From: Thermoplasmatota archaeon
GTDB lineage: Archaea; Thermoplasmatota; Penumbrarchaeia; Penumbrarchaeales; Penumbrarchaeaceae
Direction: 5' to 3'
DNA: 14,896 nucleotides
NCBI GenBank assembly: GCA_029762535.1
Contig: JARVGK010000047.1
Location: forward strand, 1 to 14,896
The notes below the pieces were generated by a model. That model was not told the origin of the DNA. It saw only the letters and a list, made by a program, of their open reading frames with translations, and did not search any database. The position numbers and the translations under genes were made by a program. Positions 1 to 6,542 of this stretch are shown piece after piece; position 1 is the first letter of the stretch; each line of letters opens with the position of its first letter.

Positions 1-5
1 CGAAG

Positions 6-40
6 GGTTTATAGGGCTCATTACATTCACCCTATAAACC
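6..40. promoter_or_regulatory. Perfect 11-bp inverted repeat containing a TATA box on each strand; + strand copy is the probable tRNA-Pro promoter
   Basis: GGTTTATAGGG (6-16) / 13 nt / CCCTATAAACC (30-40). TTTATA at 8-13 follows purine-rich GAAGGG (BRE-like) and lies about 36 nt before the tRNA. Confidence 0.65.
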
Positions 41-49
41 GAGCATTTT

Positions 50-124
50 GGGCCCGTAGGGTAGCTTGGTCCATCCTTGTGCGTTCGGGACGCATAGACT
101 CCGGTTCAAATCCGGGCGGGCCCA
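50..124 (+). tRNA. tRNA-Pro (anticodon CGG), no intron, CCA not encoded
   Basis: Acceptor stem GGGCCCG (50-56)/CGGGCCC (117-123), discriminator A124; anticodon arm GTGCG-TTCGGGA-CGCAT with CGG at 86-88; T arm with GGTTCAAATCC; 75 nt. Confidence 0.97.
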
Positions 125-526
125 CTCGTAACATTTTTTCCTTACTAAGAAGAGTGAGCCCGCACGTTTCAAGCATATTCTCATTGTTGGTATGGAAAAT
201 TGCGTCAGCAATTTTTCAAGGATCCGGGCGGGCCCACTCGATTATCATTCGTGTGTATTTATTGAGTGGGATCCGCCCGAGTATTTGATTAGAGTACGTT
301 GACTTTGAAAATCCGAAGGATTTTTAATCGGTCCGGGCGGGCCCACTCGTAACATTTTTTCCTTACTAAGAAGAGTGAGCCCGCACGTTTCAAGCATATT
401 CTCATTGTTGGTATGGAAAATTGCGTCAGCAATTTTTCAAGGATCCGGGCGGGCCCACTCGATCATCAACAGTGTATATTTATAGAGTGGGATCCGCCCG
501 ATTCAAGAGTGTTCTCATTTTTTTTT
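111..526 (+). repeat. tRNA-3'-end-linked tandem array: four copies of TCCGGGCGGGCCCACTCG, units A-B-A-B'
   Basis: Identical 18-mer at 111-128, 223-240, 332-349 and 444-461 (periods 112, 109, 112). 111-242 equals 332-463 exactly (132 bp). Each copy is followed 24 nt after CACTC by an imperfect inverted copy (152-163, 264-279, 373-384, 485-500). Confidence 0.95.
518..526 (+). terminator. Oligo-T tract, candidate archaeal terminator for the tRNA-Pro/array transcript
   Basis: T9 run at the end of the last repeat unit; shorter T6 runs also occur at 134-139 and 355-360. Confidence 0.5.
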
Positions 527-575
527 ATGAAAGTTATATTCATTCTATGTTGTGAGCTTGTAGCTCATTAGGGTC

Positions 576-2813
576 TCATTTACGGATCTTTCTCCCATAG
601 AAGACGGAATAGATCGCCGACAGAAGATGATGATCAACGTCAACGAAGGGCATCATCTCCCTGACAAGGTCCCTGTTTGCGCGGGTCAGCTCCATTATCT
701 TCTGAAAATTATCAGTGGCCTTCTGGATCTGCCCCTCCCTAGCGTTCTTCATGGACTCCGAAACCGTCTCTTTGAGCTGAAGTGGGAACTCCTCGTTCGC
801 AAGAACCTCTTCAAGGAACTTCCCGTAGGCATCGGAGGATCCTTTATGGTCCCCAAGCTTGTACATCAAGGATGCCCGATACGTAAGGAAATAATATCTC
901 ATCCTCTGGTCGATATCTCCCGTGAAACCGTCCAGGATCGATAGGGCCTCCGCGGGTCCCTTCACCCTCTCCACGGCCCATGGCATCCAGAAACGCGCAG
1001 CTATCCTGCAGGCGGATGCAAGATCGCCTCGAGGTTCGGATCCCGAGACCATGTTCAGATATCTTATCGACCTCTCGTGCTCTCCTCTGTGTATGTGGTT
1101 GAATGCGTGATAGAAGGACTGCAGGATCGATCTATCGTCCTTCTTTTCCCTTAGAGGAACGTAATACTTTGAGAACTCCGGAAGCAGCTCGCCAGATGGT
1201 ATCTGAAGGATGGCCCTGACAAGCATATCGAGCGCCCTTTCGTGATCCCCGCAGAGTAAAAGATGTGACATCGCCTCGGAGACATACATCGGGGTAGGTC
1301 CAAGCCCTTTCGCGTCCTCCAGCGACAGGGGCGAGGGGGGCACGTCATCGCCGATATCCTGATAGAAACCGCTGGACTGGAGTTTCTCCAAGAAAACCCC
1401 AGCGATGTCCCTGTGCGATCCCGAACGCTCCTTAGCGGCCATATTGGATACGGATTGGTCCCTGATCAGATCGTGAACGATATATCCTGAAGGTGTGTGG
1501 AATATGAGCCTGTTGTCCATGAGATGCGACAGCGTCCCCTCATCGACCCCGGCCACACCGAGTAACTCCTCGTCACCCAACTGAAGCCTGCAAAGGGATA
1601 TCACGCTAAGTGCCTTGAGTTCCATTTCGCTCAATCTAGAGAAGATCTCCTGCCTGAGGAAATCATCGAAGTCGGATATGTCCGCTCCGTCACCCTCCTT
1701 CTCCACCAGAGCAAGGGCCAGAGGGTGCCCTCCGATCTTCTCCACGATGGCATCGACGGAATCCGGAGAAAATCCCCTATTCAGCAGGAAGGTCCTTGAT
1801 ACGTCCGGCTCGAAACCCAAAAGCTCCAGCTCCCCGACCATCCCGGATATCCTCACATCCCGTATGTCGTAGAAACCCGCCCTGGTCCTTGACATGACTA
1901 CAAGATCGACCCCCTTCATCGCCATGAGCCTCTCTTTGAAAGAAGAAAGGAACATAAGGACCTCTCTGGGGGCTCTGTGAAGGTCATCGAATATGATGAG
2001 AAGGGGTATGTCCCTGGGTATATTCTTGAACAGATCGCAGAAGGCCTCGATATCCATGCCGCCTTCCTCGATATAATCCTTCAACTGGGACCAACCGATA
2101 AGGCATAGGAACTCCGAAAGCTCTGTTAGAAGGTAGTTGAGGGAGGTCCATTCCTTGATGTCCAGGTAGAAAACGTTCATCTCCGTCCCAAAATCCTGTG
2201 AGATCTTCCAGGCCAGGGTGGTCTTGCCCACCCCGGCTATCCCGTAGATAACCGTGACCTTCCTCTTTGGGCTGCGAATGGCCGATGAGATCTCCTCCAT
2301 CTCCCTCTCCCTGTCGAGGAACAGGGCCGGAGGATTGAGGGTCTGAGTGTATGAGGGTGCAAGGTCCTCCCGGCGGACCTGCCTGTCCTTTCTGAGGTCC
2401 AACTTTCTGACCAAAAGCGCCTTTGAAAGCTCCGACAGCTTGATCGCCTTCATGGAAAGGAGATCGTGTATGGTCCTTTTCTTCCTGCCCGATTCGTCCT
2501 CGACATCTATCTCTATCGCCCCGATACGTTCGAGCATTTCCCGGGCCTTTAGCACGCCTGTGTCCGTAAGCGCGTATACCTTTCTCCTTCTGCTCAGCCC
2601 CTCTATGTGGGCGAGGTATTCCTCCACCCATCTCTTCTCGATCAATCCCCCGACAGCTCTGGGAATGGCCGATCGGATGATCTCCAGCCTGTCCGCGATC
2701 CCCTCCTGAGTGATATCTGGCGGGGCTTGAAGCTCGCCTCTGTAACGCGTGTAATCGAGAAGAAGTAGCAGGATCTTGTCGCTTACGGTTATCCGGACGT
2801 TCTTCTTATCCAA
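576..2813 (-). CDS. Winged-HTH + STAND (NB-ARC/AP-ATPase-like) P-loop NTPase + helical TPR-like C-terminus, 745 aa; probable signal-transducing transcription regulator
   Basis: N-terminal wHTH-like segment (ITQEGIADRLEIIRSAIPRAVGGL...RRRKVYALTDTG); FLDRERE pre-NTPase motif; Walker A GIAGVGKT; Walker B LIIFDD; sensor-1-like VVMSR; GGHPLAL (GxP) and VHDLIRD (MHD-like) STAND motifs; TTG start with GGAGG about 8 nt upstream. Confidence 0.88.
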   Translation of the reverse strand: MDKKNVRITVSDKILLLLLDYTRYRGELQAPPDITQEGIADRLEIIRSAIPRAVGGLIEKRWVEEYLAHIEGLSRRRKVYALTDTGVLKAREMLERIGAIEIDVEDESGRKKRTIHDLLSMKAIKLSELSKALLVRKLDLRKDRQVRREDLAPSYTQTLNPPALFLDREREMEEISSAIRSPKRKVTVIYGIAGVGKTTLAWKISQDFGTEMNVFYLDIKEWTSLNYLLTELSEFLCLIGWSQLKDYIEEGGMDIEAFCDLFKNIPRDIPLLIIFDDLHRAPREVLMFLSSFKERLMAMKGVDLVVMSRTRAGFYDIRDVRISGMVGELELLGFEPDVSRTFLLNRGFSPDSVDAIVEKIGGHPLALALVEKEGDGADISDFDDFLRQEIFSRLSEMELKALSVISLCRLQLGDEELLGVAGVDEGTLSHLMDNRLIFHTPSGYIVHDLIRDQSVSNMAAKERSGSHRDIAGVFLEKLQSSGFYQDIGDDVPPSPLSLEDAKGLGPTPMYVSEAMSHLLLCGDHERALDMLVRAILQIPSGELLPEFSKYYVPLREKKDDRSILQSFYHAFNHIHRGEHERSIRYLNMVSGSEPRGDLASACRIAARFWMPWAVERVKGPAEALSILDGFTGDIDQRMRYYFLTYRASLMYKLGDHKGSSDAYGKFLEEVLANEEFPLQLKETVSESMKNAREGQIQKATDNFQKIMELTRANRDLVREMMPFVDVDHHLLSAIYSVFYGRKIRK

Positions 2814-2890
2814 GGGGTGGCCCTCCTTTATCCCGCATCGGCCCCCTCATCGTTCATCGGGCCTATGAATGTATGGGAATGTGCGATCCA

Positions 2891-2898
2891 TTTTATAT
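2891..2898 (+). promoter_or_regulatory. TATA box for the radical SAM gene (probably leaderless transcript)
   Basis: TTTTATAT ending about 22 nt before ATG 2920, in the divergent intergenic region 2814-2919. Confidence 0.55.
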
Positions 2899-2919
2899 CC
2901 ATTGTGCAAATGACGGCCC

Positions 2920-4050
2920 ATGCCCGTCAAGTTCACGCATGAATTGATGTACTCGTGCAGGGGAAGACCGCCATTGGGCTGCCGCTACTGCGACAGGGGA
3001 TCGAAGATGGTCCTATACATCACAGGGATATGCGCATGCGACTGCTTCTACTGCCCTCTCTCAGAGGAGAAGAAGGACAACGATGTGATCTACGCGAACG
3101 AGCGGCGCATCGACGGGCCAGGATGGGAGGATAGGATGATCGAGGAGGTTCGCAGGATGTCGGCTCTTGGAACCGGAATTACCGGGGGGGATCCGCTGAT
3201 GTTCCCGGAGAGGACCATATCCGCCATCGATAAGCTCAAAGGTAGGTTCGGGAGAAGACATCACATACATCTCTATACATCGATGCCACCGTCAGAATCC
3301 TTGGCCCGTTCCTTGGCCTCGTCGGGTCTGAACGAGATCAGGTTCCACCCGCCCATGCATCTCTGGAGCAGGTTCGAACACCTGGGACCGGGAGCAACCG
3401 ATGGGGATCCCGGAGATGCCGCTTTATTCCACGATGCCATCACGTATTGCGGGAGGAGCGGCATGGACGTCGGGATCGAGATACCGTCCGTTCCGGACGG
3501 TTCGGACGATCTCAAGGCCATGATATCTTACGCCTTGAGGTCTGGAATGGGATTCATGAACATCAACGAGCTGGAGTCCTCACATACCAACGCCGATGCC
3601 TTCCGAAGAAAAGGGTATGCCCTGGTCGAAGACTCCATGGCGGTGTCCGGGTCCAGGGAGCATGCGCTCCATGCCATCGATGAGAGTTTAAAGCTGCGAC
3701 CCGGAAGCATTACCGTGCTTCATCTTTGCTCATCGACCTACAAGGACTCGGTCCAGCTCAGGAACAGGCTCAAGAGGACGGCGAAGAACGTCCGGAGGCC
3801 ATATGAAATGGTCACTGAGGACGGTACGCTGCTCGTCGGGGTCATAGAGACCATGGACCCGAGCGGGTCGGTCTCGTATCTCTCATCCGATCTGGGGGTG
3901 CCTGGGGACATGATGGAAGCGGATGTGGATTCGGTCAGGATAGCCCCGTGGATACTGTCGGAGATCTCCGCATACCTCAACGAGGACTGCTATATATCGG
4001 AGAGGTATCCAACGTACGACGCCCTCGAGGTCGAGAGGATACCTGTTTGA
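2920..4050 (+). CDS. Archaeal uncharacterised radical SAM protein (COG2108-like), 376 aa
   Basis: CxxxCxxC motif CACDCFYC, upstream GCRYC...G.K.VLYITG, TGGDPL, HIHLYT, LNEIRFHP, NINELE, and C-terminal D..QLRNRL.R.A. Confidence 0.88.
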   Translation: MPVKFTHELMYSCRGRPPLGCRYCDRGSKMVLYITGICACDCFYCPLSEEKKDNDVIYANERRIDGPGWEDRMIEEVRRMSALGTGITGGDPLMFPERTISAIDKLKGRFGRRHHIHLYTSMPPSESLARSLASSGLNEIRFHPPMHLWSRFEHLGPGATDGDPGDAALFHDAITYCGRSGMDVGIEIPSVPDGSDDLKAMISYALRSGMGFMNINELESSHTNADAFRRKGYALVEDSMAVSGSREHALHAIDESLKLRPGSITVLHLCSSTYKDSVQLRNRLKRTAKNVRRPYEMVTEDGTLLVGVIETMDPSGSVSYLSSDLGVPGDMMEADVDSVRIAPWILSEISAYLNEDCYISERYPTYDALEVERIPV

Positions 4051-4068
4051 GTTTTCGCATCCAAGGAT

Positions 4069-4076
4069 TTTATAAA
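4069..4076 (+). promoter_or_regulatory. TATA box for pdxT
   Basis: TTTATAAA overlapping the first ATG of the ORF track and ending about 21 nt before ATG 4097, which supports a leaderless start at 4097. Confidence 0.6.
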
Positions 4077-4096
4077 TGATGGCGCATCAGGGTACG

Positions 4097-4696
4097 ATGC
4101 CGCTCAGGATCGCCGTCGTGGGCTTACAGGGAGACGTTCAGGAGCATATATCCGCCACAAGGTCGGCGTTATCGGCATCGGACATCGACGGTGAGGCGTT
4201 CCAGGCCAGGTCCAGAAGGGACCTCGAGGATGCCGATGCCGCGATCATCCCCGGCGGGGAATCCACAACGATCTCGAAGCTTCTCCACAGATCGGGCATG
4301 GACGGGGATATAGAGAGAATGGCATCGGAGGGCCGGCCGATACTGGGCACCTGTGCCGGGTGCGTCCTGTTGGCAAGTGCCGGGGACGAGCAGGTTCGAA
4401 GGACCGGGACCGAACTCCTCGATCTCATGGACATGGAGGTATCCCGCAACGCCTTCGGATCGCAGAGGGAATCCTTCGAAACCGATCTGCACATCGACGG
4501 TATAGGCATGTTCAGAGGGGTATTCATACGGGCCCCGCTTATAACCCGGGTATGGGGGCGATGCTCTCCAATGGGCCATCTGGGGGACAGCGTGGTCCTC
4601 GCCAGGCAGAACAACCTTCTCGCGGCCTCCTTCCATCCCGAGCTGTCAGGCGACCTTCGACTCCATTCCCTTTTTCTGGGCATGATAAAGGAGTAA
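4097..4696 (+). CDS. pdxT: Pyridoxal 5'-phosphate synthase glutaminase subunit
   Basis: LQGDV.EH, PGGESTT, GTCAG (catalytic Cys), RNAFGSQRESFE, FIRAP, FHPE (His-Glu of the triad). ORF is open from 4076; 4097 is preferred on TATA spacing. Confidence 0.96.
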   Translation: MPLRIAVVGLQGDVQEHISATRSALSASDIDGEAFQARSRRDLEDADAAIIPGGESTTISKLLHRSGMDGDIERMASEGRPILGTCAGCVLLASAGDEQVRRTGTELLDLMDMEVSRNAFGSQRESFETDLHIDGIGMFRGVFIRAPLITRVWGRCSPMGHLGDSVVLARQNNLLAASFHPELSGDLRLHSLFLGMIKE

Positions 4697-4717
4697 AGCG
4701 GCTGAAAGCTCCGCCGA

Positions 4718-5404
4718 TCATCGATCCCCTTTCCTGTTCCGGACCAGGATCCATAATACGGCCGCGAAGAAGATCGATCCCGAGGAACCGAATATCACCC
4801 AGTAGGTGAGTCGGTTCCTGTGCTCATCGATATCCTCCTCCCATCCGCCGGGCGTTCTCGGGTCAAGGTCCCAGAAGATCGCGGAGTACATTCCATCCTC
4901 GTCCGTCACCGTGAGGGTCAGGTTGCTGGTCCCGGGCATGATGTGATACCTCAGATGCGGCCCCGTGGATACGATTACGTCGTCGATCTCCCATCTGTAA
5001 AGGACCTCCTTCCCCTCCGGATCGATACCGGTGGCGACCATATCGATGAAGCCGGTGATCGAATGAGTTGCGGGATCCCCTTCTATGCGTACGATAGGCG
5101 GATCGTTGACCGGCTCCACTATGACCTTGACCTGGGCCGATGTGTTACCGTCATCGATATCCAGCATCGCGGTGCCGTGCCAGTCCCCTGATGCCGTCAC
5201 GACAATCCTTGACCCCTCCGATCTTGCGCTCACGTTATCCTCGCTCGATGCTATGATGACGTCGGGACCTATGCCCAGATCCTCCAGTGTGAATTCTGAG
5301 ACGCCGTTACCGCCTTCCTGCAGGGGTATGATGAATTCCATACCTTTGCCTCCCATTGATAGGAATAGAACAAGTATCAACGGCGGCAGTACCTTTTTGA
5401 ACAT
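4718..5404 (-). CDS. Secreted, C-terminally membrane-anchored protein with cadherin-like/PKD Ig-fold domains, 228 aa
   Basis: Signal peptide MFKKVLPPLILVLFLS; V.VEPVNDPP linker; DPEG...Y.W...LTLTVTDEDG PKD-like pattern; C-terminal hydrophobic helix followed by RNRKGDR. Confidence 0.8.
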   Translation of the reverse strand: MFKKVLPPLILVLFLSMGGKGMEFIIPLQEGGNGVSEFTLEDLGIGPDVIIASSEDNVSARSEGSRIVVTASGDWHGTAMLDIDDGNTSAQVKVIVEPVNDPPIVRIEGDPATHSITGFIDMVATGIDPEGKEVLYRWEIDDVIVSTGPHLRYHIMPGTSNLTLTVTDEDGMYSAIFWDLDPRTPGGWEEDIDEHRNRLTYWVIFGSSGSIFFAAVLWILVRNRKGDR

Positions 5405-5482
5405 CGCTACATGATCGCAAAAGGTCCGTATTAAAGCTTGGTGAAAGAGAAGATTATTGTCGATTGAGGTATATCACCCCTC

Positions 5483-5992
5483 ATGCGAGGCCTTTTCGTA
5501 GGTAGGTTCCAGCCGCTGCACAACGGACACGCCTACATCATCGAGAGGGCATTATCCGAGGTGGACGATCTCATCATCGGCATCGGATCGGCCGAGAGCT
5601 CACACACATCCTCCGATCCGCTGACCTCCGGAGAGAGGATGGATATGATACTGAAGGCCTCCGCCGTCCAAGGCATAAGGGATCGGATCATTCCTGTGCC
5701 GATACGGGATGTTAACAGGTATTCCGTATGGGTGTCCCACGTGACATCGCTGGTTCCCCGTTTCGATGTGGTCTATACCAACAACCCATTAACGGAAGAG
5801 CTCTTCCACGAGGCCGGTTTCGAGGTGAGGGGAACGGCCATGGTCGGAAGGGAGAAGCTCTCGGGCATCCACATCAGGAAGTGTATCCTTAAGGGATCGC
5901 CCTGGAAAGATATGGTGCCCGCGCCCGTGTTCGAATACTTGATGGGGATCGACATCCTCTCGAGGCTGAAGGGGGCGGTCCCGGATGAGTGA
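5483..5992 (+). CDS. nadM: Nicotinamide-nucleotide adenylyltransferase (archaeal NadM family)
   Basis: MRGLFVGRFQPLHNGH (HxGH), IGIGSA, DPLTSGER, WVSHV, LSG..IR motifs; 169 aa. Confidence 0.95.
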   Translation: MRGLFVGRFQPLHNGHAYIIERALSEVDDLIIGIGSAESSHTSSDPLTSGERMDMILKASAVQGIRDRIIPVPIRDVNRYSVWVSHVTSLVPRFDVVYTNNPLTEELFHEAGFEVRGTAMVGREKLSGIHIRKCILKGSPWKDMVPAPVFEYLMGIDILSRLKGAVPDE

Positions 5993-6494
5993 TCCCTGCG
6001 ATGCGAGGACGCTTGTCAGGCTCTGCGGGGAAAAGGGGCTGAAGATATCGACGGCCGAGTCCTGCACAGGAGGATATCTCTCCAGCAGGATAACCGATGT
6101 CCCTGGTTCATCCTCCTGCTATATTGGAGGGGTTGTGACCTACTCCAACGAGTCGAAGGAGAGCCTGCTCGGGGTGAGTAAGGATACCCTGGCACTGCAC
6201 GGGGCCGTAAGCAGGGAGACGGCCATAGAGATGGCGACAGGGTGTATGAGGCTGTTCGATGCTGACCTATCCGTCTCTCTAACAGGCATAGCAGGTCCCA
6301 CCGGAGGGACGAAAGAAAAACCAATGGGCAGGCTGTTCATCGCCGTATCATCCCGATGGGAGGATCCCATCTGCGAGGGGTTCAACCTAGGATCCATAGG
6401 ACGAGGCCGCTTCAAATGCGAGTCATCGAAAAGGGCCCTCGGGATGATGATAGGAAGGGCGAGAGGTTACGGTTCGGCCGACCCGATGCCATGA
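5985..6494 (+). CDS. pncC: CinA C-terminal domain protein / NMN deamidase (PncC family)
   Basis: TAESCTGG, PGSS, TYSNESK, HGAVS, TGIAGPTGG..EKP.G motifs; start overlaps the end of nadM by 8 nt. Confidence 0.9.
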   Translation: MSDPCDARTLVRLCGEKGLKISTAESCTGGYLSSRITDVPGSSSCYIGGVVTYSNESKESLLGVSKDTLALHGAVSRETAIEMATGCMRLFDADLSVSLTGIAGPTGGTKEKPMGRLFIAVSSRWEDPICEGFNLGSIGRGRFKCESSKRALGMMIGRARGYGSADPMP

Positions 6495-6542
6495 AACCAA
6501 TTAATATACATGCGTTGATACCCAAAGAGCGGAGGTTCGCGA

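Noticed and set aside
6-40. Xer/dif site
   Set aside because: The arms are 11 bp, but the spacer is 13 nt rather than the 6 nt typical of dif sites.
79-288. 69-aa ORF
   Set aside because: Starts inside the tRNA and runs through the repeats; no protein-like features.
111-461. CRISPR array interpretation of the four 18-bp repeats
   Set aside because: The repeat is the tRNA 3' end and is too short, the intervening segments are 91-94 nt, structured and partly identical to each other, and no cas genes are in the window.
125-501. Additional tRNA genes or pseudo-tRNAs in the array
   Set aside because: Only the 3' T-stem and acceptor strand are repeated; there is no D arm, anticodon arm or TTC loop.
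553-567. Small hairpin TGAGCT-TGT-AGCTCA after the STAND gene stop
   Set aside because: Only 6 bp with no adjacent T tract on the minus strand; too weak to call a terminator.
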